DNA from: Utricularia gibba
Taxonomy: Eukaryota; Plantae; Magnoliophyta
Assembly: GCA_002189035.1 (NCBI GenBank)
Contig: NEEC01000004.1
Coordinates: 434,001 to 498,000, forward strand
DNA length: 64,000 nt
Reading direction: 5' to 3'
How positions within the stretch are numbered: position 1 is the first letter of the stretch; each line of letters opens with the position of its first letter. The position numbers were made by a program, and so were the translations under genes. Shown here one piece after another: positions 52,610-64,000 of this stretch. The notes under the pieces are model-generated. The model saw nothing but the letters and a program-made list of their open reading frames with translations. It was not told the origin of the DNA and ran no database searches.

Positions 52610-55360
52610 CTACGAGGATTCCACCGAAGATCCGCATGCTTCGATTGCATCCTCATAGGATAAAAAGACCACGTTCTTTCCTATCGCATCCATGAAGTGG
52701 GAGTTCAGCAATTTGTCCATCACGTCCAGACGAGGATTCACCAGCACCATCTGCAACCCATCGAGCACATGCATTACGCATCAGCATCGTGTGCACTTTA
52801 GAAGTTGTGGAGATGAGCAACTACCACACGAAACGGCAGCATATGTGTACCTTGATCCCTTTGTTTTCCAGGCATCTTCTGATTTCCAGCAATGCTTCTA
52901 TGCCTGTGCAGTCGATCGACGTTACTCCTGCACCATTTTCGTAGAGTTACCGCAGCTGTACTCGTCAGTAAAGTTTCTTTTAAGGAAGTTTTACCCACCC
53001 CCCAAGTCGAGCAGAACATATTTTAGCGCATTCGGGGTTGAAGTCTCTTCATCTTGTTCGTCTCGGACCAATCTCAAGATCCTTAGACAACAAGATTGAT
53101 GCAATTAAACCGAGCAGTAACTAATGGCTTCTGGTAAGCTGTAATAAGCAAATAATGAAGGTGCCTGTCTCTGATGTAACTTCCATTCGCAAAATAAATG
53201 GGAGAGCCAACTTGAAGCAGGAGGAGGCCGGGGATCTCCGTTGCTTCGGGGTACTGCTCCAAGTCTCGGTACAGGTTCGCGTCCGGTATCACTCCGAGCT
53301 TGCAACTGGGCGGCCTTGCTACGTACAGCAAGGCGCGCACCAAGGATAATCCAACCTATTCGACGTTGTATGATTTCCAGTCATGAAACAGTTGAACAGT
53401 TTAAGTAGTATTGTACCACACTCTGTGCATACTCACAGAGATCACGAGTCCCATGTCCATGCTTATGAAGGGAACCCCAATGAAAGCACACATGCATATG
53501 AGAAAGTCATACTTATCCGTCTTGAACAGATGGTAGTACTTCTTGTACTTGATCAGGCCGAGCATGGCGGATATGATGATCGCGGATAGGGCAACCTGTT
53601 GATGCAGACCATAAATGTCCCAATTCGCAGCAATCTTCAGAAATAGTAGGTATTCTCACCTGCGGGGTGTAGCTGAACAAGGGAGCAAGGAAGAGGAGTA
53701 CCAGCAGCATGCATATGGACTGCACCACGTTCGCCATGGCAGTCTTGCATCCAGCGTTGAAGTTAACAGCAGTTTTCGAAAAAGGCCCTAAAACAGTGCA
53801 TGTAAAAACAATGTAACTACCAAGTTTCAGGTGTTCCATGGCCATGTACAGTGTAGTTACCTGTAGTTAAATAGCAAGACGTCAAGGAGCCGATTATGTT
53901 CATGAGCCCAAATGCGATCATTTCCTTGTTGCCATCAACTTGCTCGTTAGTTTGGATTGCAAAGCTTCTCCCAATGGCGATCCCCTCCTGCAAAATGCGT
54001 ACAATCTCGTAGGCGTCAGATTGCTGTAAGGCTTATTGGAGAATCGATCGTTGTTGCTTACAGCAAGAGCGATCAGGCCAGTGATTAATCCAGCTTGGAG
54101 AACTGCAGCAATGTACTTGGAGTCGAAGTTCAATTCCTTGATAGAGAGCTGGTTTACTCCTTTCTTCAAGTGCCCAACCTGATATCTCAGCTGTTTTTAG
54201 AACCCTAAACTGCACTCCAATATAACTATCAGTGGTTTAATGAAGTATTGAACTGCTCACTATGGGAATGTTATGCTTCTCCGCCTTGAAAAAGTAGGCG
54301 ATGAGGCAGCCGACGAGCACGACGACCATCGGACCGATAGCCGAAACCCAAAAGAGCTTAGGCTTCTTCTTCCTCTACAGTTTGCAGTAAACAACATGAG
54401 TGGGATGATGCTAATTTCCTACATCAAAAGCTAGTTCATGAAGTCTTACCACAAATCGTGTAGCTTGTAGAAAAACCAGAAATACTATTCCAAGCAAGAA
54501 ACATATCAAACTCCACTGCAGTAAAAAAAAAAAAGGGCAATCAATTTTACTTGATATCAGAAGAACTTTTCATAAAGAAAGAATAAGCAAACAGACCTCT
54601 TTTCGGTTATGGAAAATTGCTTTTACGACAGCAACGAGGCCTGTTTTCTGAGTGAAATGCTTGAGGCCAAGCATCCCTTTAAGCTGTTGCAGGATTATGA
54701 GAACTGCAGTTCCTCCCATGAATCCGGTGATTGCCGAGTGCGACAGGAAGTCGACTAGGATGCCTAATCGGAGAAGGCCGAGAGCCGCCTGGAACACACC
54801 GGAGATGAAGGCTGAGGTGAAAACTAGCCCGACGTACAAATGTTGTTCCGTCACCGGGGACGCAACTTCACCGATCGTCTCCGCGATCAACACCGAGCAC
54901 GCCGCCACCGTCCCTACCGCCAAATGCTTCGAACTTCCGAATACCGCATATACCAAAGGTGGTACGAAGCTCGAATCTGCGCGCAGTGTTGTAAGGGTAA
55001 TATTGGAATTAGCATAATAAATATAAAATCATACATACACAGCCCGATGACCGGCGGAATCTTGGCAAGATTGGCGTAGCTTATCCCCTGCGGGATGGCG
55101 AGGCTGGCGATCGTTACTCCGGCGAGAAGATCGTATTTGAACAGGCCGAGATTGTACGCCGGCAGCCATTGGACAATGGGAATAAAATATTGAAGAAGCA
55201 TCAGCCCCTGGCGGCCAGCCGTCTTGTTCTTCATCTGCCGGAAAGGATCGTCGGGGAAGAATGTCTCCCTGAACTTCGCCTTCACAACCGTCGCAAAACT
55301 CCTGGCCGGCCCAAATCTCACCCCCGGCCTAGTCCCCGATGATCCCGCCCCCGTCGTCAT
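52610..55360 (-). CDS. SULTR3;5: Sulfate transporter group 3 (SULTR3;5-like) with STAS domain
   Basis: ETFFPDDPF, YDLLAGVTIASLAIPQGISYA, GSSKHLAVG, VDGNKEMIAFG, GPFSKTAVN; STAS LYRDLEQY...SPIYFANGSY. Subclade assigned from memory. Confidence 0.88.
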
Positions 55361-56491
55361 TCCACTGTGTCTTCTGCATTCAACACAATTATGCCATTAC
55401 ACATCTGCAAATCTTGATTTTTCCCTATAATCTGCAATCACTATGTGAACACACGAGATCCACATTGAATTCTGTATCAAGATCATCTTTTTAACCCGTA
55501 AAAGATACCGGGTTACCATATTTAACACTAACTGTCATCATCCAATCTTACCCACTAATCCTTATCCGTGCAGCACGACTGAAGAGGCAGAAAGGTTACC
55601 AGAAAAAAAAAAAACCGATGACCAGAAGGTTATAAACTGAAGCAGGGTTTAAGACAAACTGCGGTTATCCGCGCAAATCACTGTGATTCACTTCGTAGCC
55701 ATCGAAGGTAAAGGGATCCTAAGAAGAAGATAAGAAGGATTTTGCGTTCATATTAATAGGAGGCTGCCGGCGAGTGAGATCGGCGCTGCATGAGCCCTCC
55801 CTACGTGAAGGGGAGGAATTTACGGAATTCCGACGGCTGAGATGTTTTCCAGAGGTGAAGCTTGGAATCGACGGCTCGGATCAGCTTCTTTTTGAGGTAA
55901 ACTGGATAAAGTTTTAATTCCATCTTAGATCATGGTTAGTTGGAGGTTACCGCGTAGGAATCAGTCTAGACGCTCGTGTCCTGTTGGACTCGGACACGCG
56001 ACACCGCAACAATCTCATCTACTACAACTGATTTCCACATTACAATAAAACAGTAAAAGCGTGTTATCCTATTCTTGATTTCGTCTTAATATTTAAAGCA
56101 CGATTTTGATGATATATATATGTATATGTACCTGACTCTGAAGCTAGTTTTATTTCACAAACTGGGAAAAGAAGGATCCATGACAAATTTCAAATCTTGA
56201 AAGATATACTACCACTGTAGAATCGCATCCCAAATCAGGACAATGTTCTTCCATTACACAGCTGCTGCTGCTGCTTGTCTTGCAGTTTCTACGACGGGAG
56301 GACTGGACTCTTGATAACGTCTTGGAATCCCATTCTGAACAGCAGGGTGTTTTTTGGTCTAGTTTCTCCATTCTCATCGAGTTGTGAGAATCGTGGCAAG
56401 TATTATGAATACATACAGAGAAATTTCGCCGGGAAACCGGTGACGTGTACTCTGTTTCCGTATTGGGTTTAGAGAGAAACAATCAAAGAAA

Positions 56492-58551
56492 TTAATAGAA
56501 GGGAGGGGGAGGAGGAGAAGCATAGGATACTCCGATGACAGGAGGTAGCGGCCCCACGAATACTGGGGTTGGCGGCGGAGGCGATGGAGTTGGTGGCGGG
56601 GGAGAGTAGTACAAGTATGGTGGAGGCGGTGAAGGCGACGGTGGAGGCTTGTAGATGATGGGTGGAGGAGGTGATGGCGGTGGTGGTGGTGGGTGCTCTG
56701 TACAAGGGGGCGGAGGAGGTGAGTTGACTGGAGGTGGTGGTGATGAATATGAATAGATCGGTGACGGAGGTGGTGGTGAGGGAAAAGGTGGGGGAGGCGG
56801 CGGGGAACTGAAGTAATAGATTGGGGACGGAGGTGGTGGTGGCGGCAGAGATGGCACTGGCGGTGGGGGAGAGGGTGAGGGCGGCGGAGGTGGTGGAGGC
56901 GAATGCACCGGAGGGGGTGGAGAGTAGACAGGTGGCGGTGGGGATGAAACCGGCGGGGGTGGCGAATAGATCGGCGGAGGGGGTGGTGAGTAAACCGGAG
57001 GCGGCGGCGAAGGCACGGGAGGAGGAGGTGGTGGTGAGTAAACCGGCGGGGGTGGTGAGTAAACCGGCGGCGGCGGCGAAGGCACTGGAGGAGGGGGTGG
57101 TGAGTAAACCGGGGGCGGAGGCGAAGGCACTGGAGGAGGAGGTGGTGGGGAGAAAACCGGCGGGGGTGGTGAGTAAACCGGCGGCGGAGGCGAAGGCTCT
57201 GGAGGAGGTGGTGGGGAGAGAACCGGGGGTGGTGGCGGTGGTGGGGATAAAACCGGAGGAGGAGGAGGAGAGAAAACCGGCGGGGGCGGCGAAAAAATAG
57301 GAGGAGAGAATACTGGCGTCGGCAGGGGATGGCTGGGAATAAAACTTTTGCACCTGAAAGCACTGCAATGTATCTTCTTAGACAAAACCGCCTTGCACTG
57401 CGCCGTGGACCTCTGCTCCGGCCGCTCCGGCAGGCAATTTAGACGATCATCCACTGATGGAACGGCCAGGCAAACCGGAGGCTCTCCGGTGAAAAAGTTG
57501 GAGGAGAAAGTGAAATTCAGGAGCCTGGGAAGCTTACAAATGCTCTCAGGAATCTCCCCAGACAGCAAATTGTAAGCCACGTTCAATTGTTCCAGGCTCA
57601 CCATTCCACCGATTGTCTCCGGCAACGGCCCCACCAGCTTGTTAAAACTAGCGTCAAACACAGTCACGTTCTTCAGCAGGCCGATCTCCGGCGGCAAGCA
57701 CGATGTCAACCCACTGCCCATAAAGATAACCTCATTCAATCTCGACATGTTACCCACACTCGCTGGAAGGCAGCCGTGGAATCCATTCCCCGCCGTAACA
57801 ATCACCGACACCGGCGAGTTTCCGAAATTATCCGGAAGCGGGGAGTTGAACCAATTGTGGTTGATGAAAATGGCATCCAAGGTGGGCTTATCAAAAAGTT
57901 CCGGGGGAACAGCTCCCTCGAACTCATTAAACCGAATATCCAAATAAATCAGCTTCGGAAGACTCAAAACAACGCGAGGGAATTTCCCGGCGAACCTGTT
58001 GTTGCTCAGGTCCAATTCAAACAGTGTCTTCAGGTTCCTGAACTTAGCCGGTATTGTACCGCAAAACCTGTTGCTGTTGATGTGGAAAAGGCCGAGATCT
58101 ACGAGAAGCCCCAGCTCCTCCGGCAGATACCCAGCAATGTTGCCGTGGTTGAGATCGATCCCCGCGACCGTGCGCTCCGACGGGTCATCAAGCGCCGGAG
58201 CGCAGAAAACTCCCGTGTAATTGCAGACATCGGATCCGACCCAATTCTCCGTAAGATTGAAAGGATCTGAAAGTATAGCCTTCTTCCACGCCTGCAACGC
58301 AGTGTAAGCAGATCGAAGCCTCGGATTCTCAAACCAGAGCGAAGAATCAACAGACACATCCTCCCCCTGTCCCCAAATTCATCCAAGTAGTAAAGCAGCT
58401 GCCTCCGCTTTATATACCGGACCTCCTCCGCCGTGAGTGGCCCACCATTGCTGCTGATTTTCAGCTCCAACCCCTCGCCACTCACCACAAACGCGAGCAA
58501 CAACAGACACCCAACACCCCAACAGCGAATCCGATTCCCAATCCCCCCCAT
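56492..58551 (-). CDS. LRX: Leucine-rich repeat extensin; apparent 1-nt frameshift at 58363-58367
   Basis: Signal peptide, KRRQLLYY.DEFGDRG-EDV, FENPRLRSAY, LRRs, many SPPPP(V/Y) repeats, terminal YASPPPPPFY*. Confidence 0.94.
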
Positions 58552-60175
58552 CTCACAACAGCATCTCAGAAGAACAAAAATGGGACACCCAGAATGAGAA
58601 ACGAGGAATGCGGGAGATCTGGGGGACGCGTGAGAAAAAGAAGAGGAAGAGACGTGTGAAGTACAACCCAAGTGTGAAGCAGCAGCCGCAGCGGCGGAGT
58701 TCACTTACAGCTCGATCCCAGCTGCTTTGCTTCCTTTTTCCCCATTATTCCCATTTCTTTTTTCCACATTAATTTTCCAAGACGCCCCCACCCTTTTATT
58801 ACCCCCCCTCGACCCCCTTTATTTCAAACTTCGGCCCCTCGGATCAACCCATCCTAATAATTGATTATTACATAAGTACACGTGTCAGCCCCGGAAAAAC
58901 CTGTAATAAGTAAATAAATAAATGCAAATAAAGGGGAGGACGCGGAGGGAGAAGCGCGAGTGGTTCCAAAGGTGGGGGGGGGGGGGTGTGGTCACACTTG
59001 GCATTGGTTTCGAAGCACTTGAAATCGCATTTTTTTGCTGTCCGATGCTCATTCAATTTCATACACATCCACCAAATGCCCCAAAGAAAACGACACGAGT
59101 TTGGTTGAATGTATGAAAATGAGGGCTCAAGCCATGTGATTAACTTTCATCATGTGCTAATGACCGAAATGCCCCCCGCCCCCCTGGATGGAATAAACCA
59201 AATAATACTAATAAAGAGAGGGGGCGGGGGCGGGGGCGTGTCATCACAGCTAAGAGGGAGCTGGAACCCAGTCTGAAATAATAATATTCTCGCGGGTGGT
59301 TTCGTGATATATATTACTTATAAGGCATTTGTTTAAAAGAAAAACTAAATAATGACGTAAAAATGATGCAGGTTGATTATGTGGATAATTAATGACGAGG
59401 AATCTTCTCCGAAAGTCGTGTGTAGCAGCAGTTAGCAGTAGCAGTAGCAGTAGGAGGAGGAGGAGGAGGAGGAGGAGGAGATGGAGCATTTCTTTCTTTC
59501 TTTGTATGGATGTGTTCGTTCTCCCTGCAACTGGGTCACATGGAGGGACCCCTGGGTCTATCGTACTTGGGAGAGTGACCCCCCCCCACCTCTCACCTTC
59601 AGTCCCCTAACCTCCACAACAACACAACAGATGCGCCTTACGGCTGCGTGCAAGGCGTAAAACCTGTTAAAAGCTCTGATACAGCAGGAGGAGGAGGGGC
59701 AGCAGCAGTTAACTGAATCACCTACTCGGTGTTGGAGTTTTGATGTCATTGAAAAGGATGGGTGCAGATACATGGGGGGACATGTGCCTGGTGCCTACTA
59801 CCTGCCCAGAGAGGAGAGGAGTCTCTCAGTTGGGAACCCCGGCGCAGAGAGATCGTCCGTCCCCAGTCTGGTTCCTGCCGACGTCGTTGAATAAAAAAAC
59901 ACGAGAGGGTTTAGGGGTACATAGATGTGGGGTTGGGTGGGGTGCGACAGCATTTACTTCCAGCTCAAGTGCCTTTGCAGTGGCCATAAAAATGGTACAA
60001 TATATGTGACTTATTGGTACAACAAGGTATTAAGTAAGTGGAGCAGATGATGTCAGAGGTGCCTCCCTCTGAGGGAAGGAAAGGAAGGGAAGGGAATGTA
60101 CCTGCTTTTCTACGAAGGGGGATGGAGGCAAAATTCTTATGTTACAGGGGCGAGATCATGAACGGCAGTAGATCA

Positions 60176-63100
60176 TCACCTCCTCTGGAAGTTGAATGAT
60201 CTGATGGAGAAGGCGAAGATCACGGCGAACAAGATGCAGAAGCCGACGACCATGATTGCTGAGATGCCAATGAAGTCATGTCTGAAACCGAACACCTCCC
60301 TCACTAGCACACTCGTCGGCACTGACTGGACTCCGTCCGCGAGTCTGACCGGCCGCTCGCTGTCGGAATACTGGGAGGCGACGAGGCCGTAGAGGCTCCA
60401 TGCTACCGGGTTTGCCCAGTAGTACCATCTCCACCATAGTGGGATTCTCTGCGATCGAGTATAAGTGACTCAACGGCTGCTGCTGAACTATATCATGCAA
60501 AAAGAAACATCTTTTTGTGCGTGTGTGGGTGGTGGGTTATACCTTGTGAGGAATCATGAAACCGCTAAAGAGATTCCACAGCATGTAAAACGGGGCGCCG
60601 ATGATGGCAGCCACATTGTGGTTGGGTGTGAGAGCTGTGGTCATCATGCCGTACAAGGTGAAGTACAACATGGTGAAGAACATGAAGAAGATGTACCAGA
60701 GGAATTTGGGAGCTGTCCACTCGAAGTTTGCCATTGAGTAAAATATAGTGCAGTATATGAGAGATTGCACTAGCACATAAGGGAACTCGATTGCAACCTG
60801 CAGTGCACACAAGTAGCATGTGATGAAATCTAGTCTTGTGGCTGTAAAATAAGAGGATGTGATGTAGAAATCGCAGCATCACCTGAGCGAATGCAAATGG
60901 GAGTGCAGAGTATGTTCCAGCTGCCCTCTCTCGATATGAAACGGCTCGTTCAACAGAAACAACAGGCTGGACAGCAGTGCCATTTGTGACACCGATGAAC
61001 AGCACCGCTGCATACATAGATCCCATGGCATTAAAGATGTCCTGCTGAGTATCTCTGCTTGGCCATGGAAAGTAAAAGAGAAAAAAGGTCATGCATGCAG
61101 AGAAGTGAATGATGATAGAAAAAATAGTTTTAGAAACACAATTGCAAGTGTTGAACCTTTGGGATCCAAATTTCCAGCATATCGTTCCCAGCATCAGGGA
61201 TATTATCAGTGTGTAAAAGAACCTAACTGCAGTATACTGTGGATTTCTCCAGTATGAAAGATGTTGCTTCCAGAGACAGGTGAGGAACTGATCCAAGAAT
61301 GTTCGTGAATACTTGGAAGAAAACTTGATATCCCTTGAATCCATGCTTGGTCTGCTTAGCCTCTCAACCAACTTCTTGTTGATCCTAAACAAGGAAAAGT
61401 GCCATGTTATGCAAGAGAGGTATATGGATATCGAGAAAGAAACATGATTTATTGCACATACTTGTATAGTTTGGAGTTCTGATAAATTTCAGCAAAATCA
61501 ACACCCAGCCGGATTTCCTCTGCTGGTGATGTCACTTCCAACATCCACGTAGCTGGATTATATCCAGGGCTCATCTTGGGAACTCCTTCGATTCTCTGAA
61601 CAGAAGGTGTATATCTGAAGCTTTCAATATTGCTATACCATATTTAAGACATGTTCTGTAAACTGGTGCTCCTATCCAAGACATTTCACTTGAAAAGCCT
61701 GAAGTTATACACGTACCTCAAAGTACTCAATGAGATTGGTAGATTTGCGACCTAGTGGACCTGCATAAATGAGCTCACCTCCCCATTTCATTAACAAAAG
61801 CTGCAGAAAAACGAGCAGTTGCAGTTTATCAGATATTAAGACAATTTATACGAGAAACATTACAAGAAGACATGAGCTCTTGCAGATCGTATGAAACAGG
61901 ATAGGAAGATTATCAGGACCTCGTCAAATGATTCAAATATATCAATACTCGGCTGATGGATTGTGCAGACTATTGTTCTTCCTGTATTTACAATATTCCT
62001 CACGGTCCTCATGACAATTGCTGCAGCTCTAGCATCCAATCCCGATGTTGGCTCATCCATGAATACTATTGAGGGGTTGGCAACAAGTTCAACAGCAACG
62101 GTAAGGCGTTTTCTTTGTTCTGTCGATAGTCCATCTACTCCCGGTAAACCTATCAAAGCATCTTTCAAAGGAGTGAGCTCTACAAGCTCCATCACCTCTT
62201 CCACAAATTCCTGGAAATTATTGTGGATGTCTCATTCAGTGTCCAACAAGTAAATGCAAGATTGAAAATTAAAAGTACCTTCTGTGTTTGCAAGTTAATG
62301 CTGGACGGTAACCGCAACCATGCAGAGAAAAGCAGTGACTCTTGCAATGTTAAGCAAGGAGAATGAATATCGTTCTGCTCACAGTAACCTGATATTCTGG
62401 CGAAGGTCTCCTGCTTTTTAGGATAACCAGAGATACTGATGTTCCCTTCAATAACTCCTCCTGTCTTTCGACCAGCTAACACGTCCATAAGAGTAGTTTT
62501 TCCAGCACCACTTACACCAACCAATGCAGTTAGCACTCCAGGTCTAAATGCTCCTGTGATGTTATTTAATAACCTCAACTTATCCTCGCATACACCTTGC
62601 TGCTTCAACTCCTGAAAGATTCTTTCATAAGCACATGAAGGGATGTATGCGTAGGCACATGGAGTAGAGAAGTAAATGAGATTCACTTACCAGAGGTACA
62701 TCCACATAATATCGGATGTTGCTGAAAGCCATAGAAAGTGGTTGAAAGGGAAGAGCCATGCCCTTTTTATTAGGATTAATTTCTGCATACCAAGCAAACT
62801 AAGTTGAGTAACTCAAGCCAGCGATTCCAGCGGAACTGTTTCTGAATTGCTCAACATAGAAATCCGTACAGTAAAAGAAAAAAGAGCAGAACTCACTATT
62901 AAATGAACGCGAGTGTAGAAAAAGGTCTCTCAGCTGAATTTGTTGTCCTTCTTGAGTCTTCTTATCAGATTCTTCATTAAGAAAAAACGCTTGACGTTTT
63001 CCCAAAGCTTAAGGAGCAAGATAGAACAAACATATTTTAGTTTCTGCATGTTAGTTTCAAAGTGAACTTCACCATGAAAGCAACTGAGCTGTAAGTAGAG

Positions 63101-64000
63101 CCTTACGGTTTAGTTTGGACAGAAAAAATGTGAAGAGGACATTGAACAAAATGGTGTAGCCAATCAACGCACCAATGCCAATCCAATACCAATAACTCTC
63201 TGGGAACAAACTGCGAGACTTCAACAATGCTTGCCCAGGGACAATGCTGGGTTGCCACCACTTGCCTACATTTAGTGAATTATGAGAACTAAAGCAGAAT
63301 CAAATAAGAAATACTACTTTGAACAAAGAGTCTAAAACAGTACGAATATTACACAAAATCCAATGCAACCCTTGAATGAATGGCAATTCTAATATCCAGT
63401 GCTCATTCACAAGCAGAGGCAAAAGAATACCTTATCCCACGAGTGACCAAGAAACTCATTGACTGTAGCAGCCTCTTGTGAGTACATTAGTGGAGAAATC
63501 CAAAATCCCCAAATCCACCAACTAGGAATCCTATCTGTTGACACTCAAAATATGGGGTATAAGGTGGCGAATTACAAACACAAAGTGGCTGATTGGATCC
63601 ATTTGCTACTTCATTTTACCTCTGGAAATAATGTAACCACCGAGTGCCATGACTATCAGCATCGCAAAAGACCCAAAAGTATTTGCCACAATCATGTTCC
63701 TTCCCAGAGATCCTATCAGACGAAACAGAGCTAGAGACATTTGATGCAGAAAAAAGAATAGCATGAATTGCCGGAGAAACCTGCAGGCAAAAATGCTAAT
63801 TTAGACTTGGCACAACTCGTATGTCAATAAAAATAAGAAAAAAAAAGATTCACCTGCTAAAATTGGGGTCATATCCCACCACATAGTAGGTTACTATCAC
63901 CCATATACCAGATTCTATAAATGAAGTTGGAACACTCAAAAGCCATGAAGGAAATGTATATGCCCAACTAGGGTAGAAATGCAAGTCTCTGTGCTTATAA
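60176..64000 (-). CDS. ABCG32: Full-size ABCG (PDR) transporter, ABCG32/PEC1-like; 5' part lies outside the window
   Basis: [79 protein letters not shown], terminal [10 protein letters not shown]. Confidence 0.9.

Noticed and set aside
56374-58270. Long alternative-frame and antisense ORFs over LRX (329, 299, 227 and 159 aa)
   Set aside because: Shadows of the stop-poor Pro-rich repeat and LRR codons.
59430-59480. (AGCAGT)n/(AGG)n simple repeats, with apparent poly-L/R/S ORFs
   Set aside because: Ordinary microsatellites; the ORFs are by-products.

Overview
Plant (probably eudicot) nuclear DNA with very high gene density: about 23 spliced host genes in 64 kb, mostly with short GT-AG introns. 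In order: 3' end of an ABCC transporter, a small uncharacterised protein, KAO (CYP88A), an NTF2/SnoaL-like protein, HIPP, WNK kinase, OPT, an atypical SDR, purple acid phosphatase, a PADRE/DUF4228 protein, XTH8-like, TDP1, LpxD, ACL5, PsbX, PERK, SPX, HO1, Alba, a RanBP2 zinc-finger protein, SULTR3;5-like, LRX, and the 3' part of ABCG32-like. A decayed Mutator-like element (33285-37228) has recognisable TIRs and a 10-bp target-site duplication. A relic of a sugar-phosphate translocator gene sits between HO1 and Alba. Eight single-base losses in short G/C runs frameshift six conserved genes; I read these as probable long-read consensus errors. I found no rRNA, tRNA or CRISPR array and cannot support a new biological system with confidence. 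The best speculative lead is the NTF2-like gene directly behind the diterpenoid P450 KAO. Family assignments come from recalled motifs, not database searches. Exon boundaries were read by hand.
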